A DNA stretch of 61,238 nucleotides, counting the filler, from Circinaria calcarea (lineage: Eukaryota): assembly GCA_051942165.1 (NCBI GenBank). It is 5 parts of 5 records of this genome, joined end to end, with 100 filler letters (N's around TTAATTAATTAA, not from the genome) between each part and the next. Parts side by side here need not be neighbours in the genome. Positions count along the whole stretch, not along the records: positions 1 to 12,181 come from JAVECS010000601.1; positions 12,282 to 24,449 come from JAVECS010000602.1; 3 more parts are not named here. One strand, 5' to 3'. The position numbers and the translations under genes were made by a program. The notes under the pieces are model-generated. The model saw only the letters and a list, made by a program, of their open reading frames with translations, was not told the origin of the DNA and did not search any database. This document shows, piece by piece, positions 1 to 12,387 of this stretch. The stretch's first letter is position 1. Each line of letters opens with the position of its first letter.

Positions 1-338
1 TGTTGCTCATGGCATCACAATAGATTGGACCTCGGCAAGCAAATACCAATGCTCCATCCTAATAAGGTATCAAGAACCATGAAGGAGTCTGTTCAACAGC
101 TCTTCACGAGACCGCTATGCAGTATCGCTTGAGAAATTAGAAACCGAGATGTAGAGATCTCCAAAGAGATGCTCCAAGGGTAATAATGCATACAGAGAAT
201 GTAAGTTGGTCCATACAGACCGGGAACCAACTCACAGCCTTGGGTTCCAGTCTAGTGGTTGTCCCAAGGTCTTTGAGAACGCCACGGGTCTCCCTCAAGG
301 GAAAAAAGCACACAGGGACTGGGCAAAACAGTTGACTT

Positions 339-1261
339 TCAAAGCCTGCCCCCAAAATGCTCCCTTGCATACTGTTCGCAGGCCTGCTGATGATTAGCTC
401 GGGAAAGACACTGGCACTCCTGGGACCGACCTTGGCGGGTTTTCCAACTTTTTGACCTATGACCTTCCACTTACTTGCTTCGTATTCTCTGATCGCTGCC
501 AGCAGAGCCGCACTCTAGCACATGTAAGCTTAAAGGCAGGACACATATGCATGACCGGTAGGTAAGTAGGTACCTCATCCTCGGCAAAGTCGGCGTAGTG
601 CATGTCCTTGTACCAATCAGCATATTAAAAGGAGGCATATCCTGCACGGTTGCCGTTCTACCTTGTACCAATGTTTCTTGACACTGCCTTCTGTTCTTGT
701 GGGAAATGTCTATAGCATCGATAATCAGCGGTGTGTGACCGTAGGCCTCGGAGGTCGAAAGTATTGCCCACCTTGGCAATTTCGTTCCAACTACTGCCAG
801 CATCTCGCATACTCTTCAGCCTACGCTCTTCGGCAGGAGTCCATGGTGTATTTGTGCGGCCTTTCTTGGCGACGGGAGACAAGGGTGTTTCCGAAGGTTC
901 CTCATTCACCTCTGCGGAGCCGCCAGGATCTTCATATGCCCCTTCAGACGTTGTCGCAGTCGCTGCGACTGTGCTTGAGCCGGGCGCTTTTCGTTTTCGA
1001 GATCCCATGGGGCTGGTGGAAGGTATTTCAGTATTCAACAGGCTAGTAAGCTGAGTCGATCCAGGATTTGATGTCAACGGAACCGGTTGGGATGAAGGAG
1101 GCGAAGTGCCTGCGGGAGATGCCTTTGGCTGGCGTCTCGATGATGAGGGCGAGAAACTTGTAGAAGTGAGCATGTTGTTCTCATGAATTCCTCCGATCTT
1201 GGGCACGGCTCGGACTGGCCGACATCCCAGGGAAGGTTGGAGAAAAGCCGACTTACGACAT
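339..1261 (-). CDS. Myb/SANT-like DNA-binding protein with two repeats, 6 exons
   Basis: Spliced model: 5-nt first exon ATGTC (1261-1257) followed by gtaagt, then exons 1156-772, 709-662, 606-574, ~514-431 and ~383-339. Translation includes NTPWTPAEERRLKSMRDAGSSWNEIAK/TFPTRTEGSVKKHWYK/DMHYADFAEDE/SAALLAAIREYEASKWKVIGQKVGKPAK/ACEQYAREHF, with Myb-type Trp spacing. Confidence 0.85.
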
Positions 1262-3405
1262 GGTGAAAAATGATGTGAAGCCGAGCTGCTAGCAGAAGCA
1301 AGAGTCGCTGCAGCAGCAGTGGCAGCCCTTCATATGTACAACCTCCAAAACCGAGCCTGGTAAGCAGAAGACGTTGGCGGCTAATTAGGTCCTCTGTCGT
1401 TGATCGGATAGCGATGACATTGGGCCGGCGGCAGAAGCACTTGATCAGTATGATCTCCGTCTATCCCTCCAGCTACGGTCAAACGGTGCAACAATGGCTG
1501 CCTGATGAAGAGGTAAGCAACGTTGGGGACGAAAATTGCATGGCAGCATCGCTGTTCCGGTCGACAGCATCCGCATTAGGAGGCCCTCCCCAAGCGTGCT
1601 ACACGATACCTCCTCGATGGCGGAGACGCGGGCCAAAGGTCAAGTACCAATCCGTGTCAGAAATCAAGTCGCTGTAGTGTGACCTCGTGGTCTTTTCTTT
1701 CCCTTGAAAAAATGCGGGGTTGTCGCCCATGTTCCTCCATCGCAAGTATGGCGGAGGTAGCTTCATGTCCTCCAGTCCAATACCATCCACCGCACCGCCC
1801 TCGAACCTCCTTAGCCCGCCTGCCAGTGGTGCCGGAGATCCTCTATTCGTGCTTGGCCGCGCGAGGCACCGGCATCCAGACGCACCTCCAGCGGCCGCCA
1901 CCGGCTATTGCTCGCAGGGAGTTCGAGGAGAGTACATCGAGTGACTTTGATACTCGACTCCCTCCTCCGCGCTAAATCCCTCGATAACCGAGGACTGGCG
2001 AGACCCCGGTCAGTCGAGCCTTGGCGACAGATGCATGGCCGCAGGTAGGGGAAGGTAGGCCGGGTTTGGGGATGAGGGGGGGCCTGGTAATTCTTACTTC
2101 TTACCTGATTCTCACCGTCCTTGTACTTTGGGATACGACTCGTCTTATTGTTGGAGCGGTCACAAGTCGGACGCTGACAGATGCCAACTCTTTGAATAGG
2201 ACCAGGGGACCGTACCAATAGTGCCCGATGCTACCGTTGGCCCCGTACTCCGTATTCCTTCCAATCTGTACCATCGCATGGAACGCAATTGCTTTTGGGT
2301 CCCCCCGGAGAGAGTGCGGCCGGCTGCCGGGAGCTGACCGGGGCTGGGCAGCTTTTGTTTTCCCAAACACTCCAGGGGCTTCTCCCCCAGGAACCTGAAA
2401 CGAGCTTGCCCACGACAACATCAATAACGCAACCGTCGAGCGCAGTGGCTTGCCTAAGGGCCGGTCGCTGGTTGGCCGTTCGCTGGTTGGCCGTCTTCAT
2501 GCTGGCCCGGCCCCCTGTTGGGTGGTTGTGCTCGGTTGGGGTGCGCATTGGCTTTTGCTACTACCTACACCTCACGCATTCAACTCTACCATTCGATCGG
2601 TCGTTCGCAGACAGAGAGAGCCAACCATTCACGTCCCGTCGAGTTCGTTTGCACGTTTCGCACGTGGCCCGTGGTATACTAACGGGTGCTGCCCCGACCT
2701 CGAAACCAGCTTCTTACGTGACACCTCATTATGCAAGGTACCGGCAAGGTTGCCTCCTCTACTGACACTCCCGTGGTCGGACGATGGGAGGCAAAGCACT
2801 TTGGAAGATTCGGTGTGTTGGTGCTATGCCCTTCTCGTGCTGTCAGAACACGAGGTAGCGTCGGAAAAGGGTCCCTCTGTTGCAAGACCCGAACTTTATC
2901 TGTCGCTACCAGCTCGAGGGAGCCGTGTATCCACGTGGAAAGGCCAGGATGGATGGCCCGGATGATCCTCAGGAGGCTGAGCGTGGTCTTGGCCCTCTGC
3001 TTCGGAGGCTCAAAGGTTTGGAAACGTTATGGACCTCGAGTGGACCGCTATTAATCTTATGCACTGTCGATCTCTTCCCGACTTCAAGTACGCTTGATAC
3101 AGAACATCCAGGCTCCTTGGCCGAAATTGAGATTTCAATACCTTCATTATTGGCATTGCTTTTTCTGTTGGTAGATTCTTTTCACCTGCTTCCCCTTTTG
3201 ATTGTTCCCGACCCCACTGGCTGGGCCGAACATACATATATACCTTTGTAATCCTTCCATACTGTTGTTGAATTCCTTATTACCATCTTAAACATCAGAT
3301 CTTTGATTGACCGCTTTTCGACAAGGATACCTTCAGTCAATTACTGGCTTATAATAGAGATACCAGGAAACGACTACGGAGAGAGCATTAGGACCATAAC
3401 AGAAC

Positions 3406-4363
3406 ATGTCCTCTACTGTTTCTCCGTCGCCGACACATTTTCAACCTCCAAACACCAGCAGCTCAAGTAATAGTCCTGTGCCGCAGCATGCTCATGGGAG
3501 GTCAGCATCCATTGGTGGCGGACGGGCTTGGTCAGACGAGGAGGTACATCGTCAGGGATTCAAGCATCGCGGGAACATTTACTTATTAGGGTCAATAGGA
3601 AGCATACCTCATCGAAACACGTATGCACAAAATGCCGTACAAGCACATAGCAGCACATCTTCAGAAGACAGAGCTAGCTTGTCGTCTGCACTACCACCAG
3701 CTCTCGTTTGGAACTAAAAGGAGGCGGCGATCGCCTCCGAGTCCTTCCACCAAGTCTACACATCAACAGCCAGCTATATACGGGTCAAGTGAAGCCCCTC
3801 ATCGAGCCCTTCCTCACACGTCTCCGCCAAACAGTCCCGAGAACATGCTTCCCGAAAATAGGATGTCTACTTCCGCCACCCATCCGGTGTCTATCCTGCC
3901 CAAACCCGTCCCTTCGCCAGATCGAGCAACACCATCGGGCCCGTCACTTCACTTGATAACACAGGACATTGAGGGCCTTGACGAACGATCACACATCGAT
4001 AAATCCCGTCTGGATAAGATCTACGACGCCCATCGCTCCTACTTCTGGTCTATTATAGCGCGCGATTATGGCAACAATGTGTCACCAGAGGTGCTCGAGG
4101 AAGTCTGGCGTCAAACCATTCGATGGCCACTTTCGGACTATCTACCAACACCGCCCACCAGAAGCCCGCAGAGTGAAACGACAGAGGCAACCTTGTTGGC
4201 CCCAGAGCGAGTCGAGTCGAGCACGGGCAATGGATTCAGACCGAACAACGTACGCAGTGCCTTTACTACACCCTCTGTTCCAACAAGGAGCTCCTTTGCA
4301 ATCTCGTCGTTACTCACGGAGGATAAAGAAGTTCGGAGTCCAAGCTATTCTACAAATAGGTAG
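3406..4363 (+). CDS. Myb-like (SANT/HTH) putative transcription factor, 2 exons
   Basis: Intron ~3544-3598 (gtacat...caatag) joins GRAWSDEE to EAYLIETRMHKMPYKHIAAHLQKTELACRLHYHQL. A Pro/Ser-rich linker and a second conserved block (IDKSRLDKIYDAHRSYFWSIIARDYG...LEEVWR) follow. Confidence 0.8.
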
Positions 4364-4924
4364 GATAACGGGATGGAGGACAATTGTCGCCTGCTTTGAA
4401 GTCTACGCATTATGAAATGTACAAAGTCTTTTGTATTATAGATCTGGGGGTCTGCGTTATTGTCTTGGGAGTTGGTAGGAGCCAATGGTCATATCTGGCA
4501 TAATTTCATGTATCAAAATGCTTTAATCTTATCTACGCCTCGGTGTTTCTACATTTTCGGTGTATTTCTTCGGTGGGATGTGTAAGGTAGTTGGCCCATG
4601 CCAATCAAGTTTAGCCTTTTAAAGCGTACCACCTTCAATATTGAGAATCTTAGGCGGACTCTCCAGGTAATTTGCTTTAATATTAGACTTGCCCATTCGA
4701 CGGACAATTAGATAGGGTGACGTCATCGTCCCTTGCAAGGTTTGTGCTTTCTGAGATTCCTCTTTGAGCCATACCCGCCAATGTCGACTTTAAGTGGATG
4801 GGGGCTATCGCATTCATCAATAGCCCTATCGATCGCCTTCTCCATCCCCGTCGCGCCTAACCCTACCTGCATATGATAGATGGACTGACGGGGGATGTGT
4901 GGCTTCAGATTCCCGTTGCCACTT

Positions 4925-4941
4925 GATAAGGATGTGATAAG
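4925..4941 (+). promoter_or_regulatory. Paired GATAAG motifs (candidate AreA/NIT2 sites) upstream of the Dal5-type permease
   Basis: GATAAG at 4925 and 4936, ~190 bp upstream of the ATG at 5122. Function is inferred from the known nitrogen regulation of this transporter family. Confidence 0.4.
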
Positions 4942-5121
4942 CAGTGATTCAACTGTCCTTACAGGTAATCACTTTTTCTTTAAAGGTAAGGTAACTTCCT
5001 TGATGTCTCGGAATATTTTTGTACTTGACTATGTTACAATCCGTCGTTGATGACTGTCAATCATTGTTGAGCTTTTTCAATATCTCTACACCATAAGACT
5101 CTCCTATAACCTTTGTTGAAC

Positions 5122-6983
5122 ATGGGCAAAGTCGATGTCGAGGAAAGGAAGGAGAGCTTCGTCAATGCGGACGCGGCACTCGAGTATTTAAACTCTGAGG
5201 ACAATGCTGTCATGACTACGATTGACGAGAAGAAATTGGTACGGAAGATTGATTGGATGATTATTCCTTTGATGTGGTGCTGCTATACTCTCCAGTACCT
5301 TGACAAGACCTTAATCAACTACGCCGCTGTTCGTCGATGCCAAACAGCTCCGCGAATGCCGTCCTATATACTGATACCACTTAGGTAATGGGGCTGTACG
5401 AGGACACGGGAATAACTAAGAACCAGTTCGCTCTGCTAGCCCTGATTTTCTACGTTGCGTATTTAGTCTTTGAAAGCCCCACAGGGTATCTAATGCAGCG
5501 TTTACCTACGGCCAAATACCTAGGAGCGAATGGTACATGGGAAGGCTGGGCCTGTTACGACGAAGGAAGACTGACATCATACAGTGATATGCTGGGGCCT
5601 CTGCGTAACACTGACCTGTGCCTGCCAGAACTTTGGTTCTTTGATGGCCGTTCGGGTGCTCTTGGGGTGCTTTGAAGCTGCTGTAGCTCCAGCGTAGGCA
5701 TTCGCTTCTCGAGGCCCCATAGTAAATGCTCATGACATCCCTCTTAGGTTGATTTTACTTACGTCGATGTGGTATAAGAAAAAAGGTACCTGTCACCTCA
5801 CCCCATTGTTGGATCTTCTGACATCAAGTATAGAGCAGCCCCCACGAATTGGATTCTGGTATCTTGGCACAGGGACTGGGATCATCATTGGGTCTCTCAC
5901 GTCTTTCGGGTTTCAACACTACACGGCCAAGGCTTTCACTTCCTGGCAAATCATGTTTCTGCTGATCGGACTGATTACGATTGTCCTCGGCATCTTTGCT
6001 TTCATATTCTTACCAGACAATCCCATGAGCTCGCGACTGACGCATGACGAAAAGATCTGGGCCATTGAGAGACTGAGAGAAAACCAGACAGGCATTGAAA
6101 ACAAGCATTTCAAACCGGCCCAGGCCCTCGAATGTTTGAAAGACCCTCATACGTGGCTCCTTAGTTTGATTGTGATCAGTTCGAATGTCCCGAATGGCGC
6201 GGTCAGTAGTTTCCAGGCCACGATCATCAAGGGGTGAGTGATAAATTCCGCATAGTAAATTCCGTGCAAAAGAAGTACTGACCAAGACCCCAGCTTCGGG
6301 TACGACTCCAAACAGACCGCTCTGCTTCAAGTTCCTTCTGGTGCAGTATCGATCGTATCGATTGTATTTGCAACGTATTTTGCTGGCAGATATAATCAAC
6401 GGGCGATTTTCATCGTTCTCCTTCTCGTTCCTGGGGTCATTGGCGGCTGCCTCATGGCATTCCTTCCTGGCAAAGCGAAAGTCGGCAAACTGGTAGGAAT
6501 CTTCCGTAATCAACCTTCAGCAGTCACTAAGACCCAGACAGATCGGAAACTACTTGACAAACTGTATCGGTGCCTCCCTTCCGCTCAACTACTCCTGGGT
6601 GGCAGCCAACTACGCGGGGCACACCAAGAAAGTCACAATGAATGCCATCCTCCTGATGAGTTTTTGTTTGGGTAACATCATTGGACCGGAGACCTTTCAA
6701 GGAAAGGACGCCCCCAACTATATCCCCGCCAAAATAACCATAGTTGCAACAACTGCGGTGGCGATATTCTTTACCATTGTTCTCAGGTTCGTGCTGCAGG
6801 CTGAAAACAAAAGGAGGGATAGAAAGATGGTCGGACTGGAACGTAAGCCCAACCAGGAGTTTTTGGATCTGACAGATAGGGAGAATATGGAATTTAGGGT
6901 AAAGTCCTTCCCTAGCCTTGTTATACATGGTCAACAGAGTATGCTGAACGCCGAGACTGATGTATCCATAGTATGTCCTATAA
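5122..6983 (+). CDS. MFS transporter, allantoate permease (Dal5/ACS) family, 8 exons
   Basis: Motifs LVRKIDWMIIPLMWCCYTLQYLDK, SMWYKKKEQPPRIGFWY, FLPDNP, AGHTKK, GNIIGP and FLDLTDRENMEFRY; seven GT-AG introns keep the frame. Confidence 0.92.
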
Positions 6984-7790
6984 ATCTCCTCGGAGTCGGA
7001 AGGATGAATCGAGGTTTGTGGTAACGTACACCATGAAAGATTTGGCAATAAACAAGCGGGGAACCTGGAGGCTTCAATCCCCCAGGTTCCCCGGAGACTG
7101 TCGACGGGGATAGTATAAGGACTGAATATTGAATCTATTGTTCAAAGGAATGCGAAAATTGGATGGGTGGGATATAAGCGTCCCCGTGGTATTCTCTTTG
7201 CGGATGTCTTATAAGAGAAGTGGAATACTTTTATGGGAGGCTACTTGATGTGTACATATGCCTAGATATACATTTGTCATCCACAAGCCATATTATTAGG
7301 CCTTTATCCATCTGTACTACATACAGTGTAGTTCTGACTCTCATAAGGACGCTCCAATAATACCGCCGTAGTCTTCGTTTGTATTTTTCCCGCTAGTCTC
7401 TCCGACAAAGGGTTGCCAATTATGGTAAAGCTTATGCGTTCTTGAAATGCACGGGTGGCGCTACCATAGCTTATCTAATCACATTATCCCTGATACTGTC
7501 GACCTCACCCATTTCCTTCTCTTGGGTGTGCGGTAGCAGCGACGACAACGACGGACGGTTCTTATTCATTCGCTTTACATCAATTTCAAACGGCTTTTGG
7601 ATTCCACGGTTGCGACTTCTTATCCTTACCGCCATTCTTTCATCCTGTTCGCACCGAGCCAGATTTCTTCCACCTTGGATTGCAACTATTCATCATAAGT
7701 CTTACAGATATTACTACAGCCTCCATTTAGCAAGGGATTTCCCTGGCGGCAGGATCGATCTCGTGCCTGATCCGTACATTTCAAAGTATT

Positions 7791-9259
7791 ATGGGACGCA
7801 TAAGTACATCGACTGCATTCGCTCTCCTGGCCGTCTCCATACTTGTCCAGGCTGACTCGAGTGTACCGACGTGCGGCCAGGGCCAAAAATGTCCCGATAG
7901 TCTGCCTTGCTGTTCTCGTAAGTAGGCCGGGTTACTGTTGTATATAGGGACTGACCGGTCTTCGGGGTAGAATATGGACAATGTGGTATTGGAGCATATT
8001 GTCTTGGAGGATGCGATCCCATTTTCTCATACTCCCTCGACTCCTGTGTTCCGGCCCCAGTTTGTAGGACGGAGGATTATAAGCTTACATCACTGGATGG
8101 AATAGCATCCAACACCGAATACCTTGGAGATGCTTCGAAGGCGAACTGGGTCTCAAGCGGCGAACCAATAGCGTATCAAGATCAGGTCCTCCTGACCATG
8201 GCAAGAGGCACCGTCGGCACGCTGTTAGCAAGCACCTCATATGTATGGTACGGGAAAATTTCCGCAACGTTGAAGAGCAGCCGAGGGCAAGGTGTTGTGA
8301 CGGCCTTTATCCTACTATCAGATGCCAAGGATGAAATTGACTTTGAGTTCGTTGGTGCTGATTTGGACGATGCGCAATCGAACTACTATTTCCAGGGTCA
8401 ACCTAACTGTACGTACAGACTACCTTGGGATGAGACACCAGACTAATTCTTACTAGATAACAACGGAAAGAATATATCCACGACGGATACTTTCAATACA
8501 TATCACACGTATGAGATTGATTGGACACCAGAGTCAATTACCTGGTCTATCGACGGTCAGGCCGAACGTACAACATTCAGGAATACAACATGGAACGCAA
8601 CAAGTAATCGATACCACTACCCTCAAACGCCTGCTCGAATCCAGCTATCCCTTTGGCCGGCAGGCTTGGAATCGAATGGCAAGGGTACCATTGACTGGTC
8701 TGGTGGTCTTGTTGACTGGAATAGCCCAGACATCCAAAACACCGGATATTACTATGCCATGGTGAACGATGTTAACGTCAAGTGTTATGATCCTCCAGAG
8801 GGGGCGAAGGTGTCGGGATCAAAAGCCTACATCTACAACTCTGCGGCCGGTACAAATGATACGGTAGAGATGACCAATAAGAACACCGTACTCAAATCAT
8901 TGCTAGGGACGGGCACCAATATGTCTGCAGATTATCCCCGTCCGGCTGCTTCTGGAACCAACAGTGCAGCAGCACCTGCAGCCACCAGTGAGCTCGCGAC
9001 AGTACCCGGACTCATTGGTGCAGGTCCGGGAACAAATGGTCAACGAGGCGGCGGGGATAGTGGAACCTCCGGACCTGCTTCCAGCGGAGTTTCGAGTGCG
9101 TCGGTTTCGTCAGAAACCGGCTTCCATGGATTTGTTCAGAACAACAATGGTGACTCCAGTACAGGTACGAGCGCTGCTTCTCCACCCAAAGGTGAAAGGG
9201 GCTGGCAAGGATCGTTATTAGCTGCGGCGTTAGCTATTGTGGGAATGCTAGTGATATGA
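7791..9259 (+). CDS. UTR2: GPI-anchored GH16 chitin transglycosylase (Crh2/Utr2 type) with N-terminal chitin-binding Cys motif
   Basis: Signal peptide MGRISTSTAFALLAVSILVQA; CP..LPCCS/QYGQCGIGAYCLGGCDP; catalytic DEIDFEF; YPQTPARIQLSLW; Ser/Gly-rich tail with hydrophobic C-terminus; two introns. Confidence 0.9.
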
Positions 9260-10668
9260 GATCGGTTTGGGTACGATTTAGCAGCATGGGAATGGCGTAT
9301 TCGCATAGGTGGTCTGTCACTCATTTGCAATATATCGGGTATGATTTGGTAGCCTTCTGGAAATCTGCCCAGCGGAGCGTTGGTTAGCATATCGGGAATC
9401 TTACTTAATAATTATAGTACAATAATCTCAAGGGACAATCATCCATTCGCCTGCAGTATCGTCTATTACGTCGCACATCGCCTCGATATTGTCGGGTCGG
9501 GTAGGAAGCCTATCTTAGCCGCTGCTGTCGACTGCCTGTTAGAACCGCGGCGACGGGCGGCTTCCGACATGAAGTCTGCATGATCCCATCCGTAGGGAGC
9601 AGAAGCGAATACCAACCGTAAGATCCGGACGACATCCCATCAGATCACATAAAGATATATCTAGTTTTACCTTCTACGGATTCCGTCTATGCTTCGGCAA
9701 GATTTTGCACGGGTTGCAATCTCCAATCTCATACTGTACGCGTTTGCTCGCTTCTAAAATACTTCTGCATTAGGGGTCTGACCGTCACACATGGTTTGCC
9801 TCAACAACGCCCGAATACGCAGGAGATACGACAAGTAAAGCATATGCTAACAGTTTGCCCGATATTGGTGTTCTCGCCGCGATACGGCTTGACTCCCATG
9901 TGGTGGATGTTGTCGCCACGACGCTTTTCTTCCTTGGTATCATTGTGTCACCTGACTCTGAGGGCGTCCTCAGATTGGCTTGTTCAGATTGTACGTGGTT
10001 TGATTGTCCATCTAAGATGCATCTCTGCATTCGTAGGGGGAGCACAGGGCCAATGGGATGGTGATGGGTAAAGCTTGCTCAGTTTGTTTCACTGCTTGTA
10101 TGCCCGCATTTTTGCTGTTGGTTTCTTAAGTCCGTACTCATGGATGGGGCTTACGGAGATATGTCCGAGGAGGAAGCAGTTCTTAGCATCAGTGACTCTT
10201 TTGCCATTCCGCTGGTACGATCCTTAGCCTCCTGGCATCTTACCTGGTCGGAATACTCTTGAAGATTGATGAGTAATCTTGTAATATGGGGGCGGCAGTC
10301 AAGATTCAATCAAGGTCTTTCCCGCCTCAGTACAGTATTGTTATCAATAATAGGCAGTGCCCACCACGTTTGCAATTTTTAATGGACTACGAATATTGTC
10401 TATAGGTCCCTGCGATCCTCGTGATTCTTGCCTTATCCCCTGCGTTTTCAACCTCTTTCGGGACTTGAATAGACCATTCACAATCCCGAATTACCACTCG
10501 AGTGAGCATACCCAGTGTGTGCTCATCGATCGAAATAAGAATCTTCGGACGCTACATCACTTCCGTTGCTCGGTTTGGATAGTTCTCTACGCCATCCTTG
10601 GAATATAACTCTACCAATTACTGAGCCTGACTCTTACATCCTCCTTGTTCTACTCGTCGGCAGCCAGA

Positions 10669-10926
10669 ATGTGTTTCTATGGCATCATCGTCTTCTCTTG
10701 CAGCCACAAGAGTGGCCTATTGTACAGCCATGGGTGTGCCGACTCGTGGAGGCAGCTTCAACGTATCTACGACCCAAGGGAACGAGGAATATGTTTTGAC
10801 TGGTCGGATCAGTGCCGCCCAAGGCCGGGGGTAAATGTTCGGGAACACTGTGTTTGGGACCTATGTGAGAGGTGCCAGATGGATGGATGGCGATACAGGG
10901 GAACTTTGCGTGATCACTGGTCATGA
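10669..10926 (+). CDS. Small Cys/His-rich protein (85 aa), MC..CxH...C...CxxC type; paralog of 11917 ORF
   Basis: MCFYGIIVFSCSH...C.DSWRQLQRIY...FD...C...NV...LCERC; motif shared with the next ORF. Confidence 0.65.
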   Translation: MCFYGIIVFSCSHKSGLLYSHGCADSWRQLQRIYDPRERGICFDWSDQCRPRPGVNVREHCVWDLCERCQMDGWRYRGTLRDHWS

Positions 10927-11916
10927 AATGGAGTGTGGCCCAAATTCCCGCAGTCAGTTAAATTGGAAACATATTGCTCCGGACCCCTTTATCATTCGTG
11001 CATATCCCGTATTGTACGTTAAGCTAGCTGATGCTATAGCTTCTGGCATGGTCGGAAATATCCGGCCAAGGCTACAGAGTCTATTTCTTGACCTATGACA
11101 CAGCTCGGTTTTGAGGTTATGACTTCGATCAGACCGAGACTTGGACTGGTCAATCATACTATGTCATTCCTTCGCCATGACTGTGCGGCGAACTGCTCTC
11201 TCCTTTGGATCCACCGGCCTCCTGAACGCAACGCAGCCATCAAGAGCCATCATAGTGGGCTAAGCTTTAGCTATCTTGCTCAGAAGAAAACCCTCGTCAT
11301 CGCCGTGTAATGTGGCCCGGTCAGGTGAGATCACGTATTGAAGATCCTGAGAGCAAACGATGCTATGAGGGCTTTCAGTTACGAATCGGATTGTCTCCTG
11401 ACTATGGGAGCAAACATATCTCACGTTGAAAAAGGGACAGTCACTAGGTAACCACTCTGCTCATCCGGGTATGATTCATGTGCGGCTCATCTAGAAGGCG
11501 CGCCTGTGAAAACCCATTGTGGATACTGCTGAGCCAGGAATCCTTGCTGATGAAGGGGGCAATGCACCGCGCTCTACTCCACATGGTTGAGAGGCTTACA
11601 TTCTCAACCAGAGCGCGACTGACTCATTGCACCGAGGGAGAAAAGCATAAGTATCGGGACCTCCAGAGCTCGTTCTCTTCTTCTTCAAAATCCCCTTTGC
11701 CTCTCTACTCTTTCACTCGCTTCCTCCCGTCTCTCATCTCCTTTCCCCACGGCAAGGCTTGAGATTGAAATCTTTCCGCTATCACTATTGTCTCAAAATT
11801 GCTCCATCACCTCAAACCCATCGCTATCACTGCCATCCAGAAAGCCCCCCTTTTTCCCGGCCAAAAAAAAAAAAAAATCCGCATCGCAGACCAGACAAAC
11901 CCCCCATCCCACAGCC

Positions 11917-12181
11917 ATGTGCATTTACATCAGCACCATCTTCGCCTGCGGGCACTGGTCCCCGAGCCCGAGCCTCAAGTCCTTTTGCCGCCGAGTTTAC
12001 GACCAGCTGCAACGCATCCATACCGACCGGCGAACCGATCGGATCCCGTTCGATGCCCATCCGCGGTGCGAGGCCCGGAGGGGCAACGTCACGGGCCAGT
12101 GGGATTACAGCCAGGATTGCGAGGCGTGTCGGGAGGTGGGAAGGGAGCGGGGGAGGGAGAGGAAATGGAGGCGGATGAGGG
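11917..12181 (+). CDS. Small Cys/His-rich protein, 3'-truncated at contig end; paralog of 10669 ORF
   Basis: MCIYISTIFACGH...FCRRVYDQLQRIH...PFD...C...NV...DCEAC; good start context (acagccATG); runs into the linker. Confidence 0.7.
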
Positions 12182-12281
12182 NNNNNNNNNNNNNNNNNNN
12201 NNNNNNNNNNNNNNNNNNNNNNNNNTTAATTAATTAANNNNNNNNNNNNNNNNNNNNNNNNNNNNNNNNNNNNNNNNNNNN
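12182..12281. other. Artificial contig linker (N44-TTAATTAATTAA-N44)
   Basis: Identical 100-bp six-frame-stop spacer occurs four times. Confidence 0.97.
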
Positions 12282-12387
12282 CCTCACTTCATTCCATTAC
12301 AAAAACCCCCGCCCCAAACAGAATTACCTCCCCTCATGAAATCCCCATCTTCCCCATCCTCATTCCCTTGCCCAAACTCAAACATCT

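Noticed and set aside
2289..3251. Overlapping 100-170 aa ORFs between the Myb genes
   Set aside because: Mostly non-ATG starts, no motifs, and present in several frames of GC-rich promoter/UTR DNA.
12226..12237. TTAATTAATTAA palindrome recurring about every 12.26 kb as a periodic biological element
   Set aside because: Always embedded in identical N runs; it is a six-frame-stop assembly spacer. ORFs ending in XXX-LIN are artefacts.
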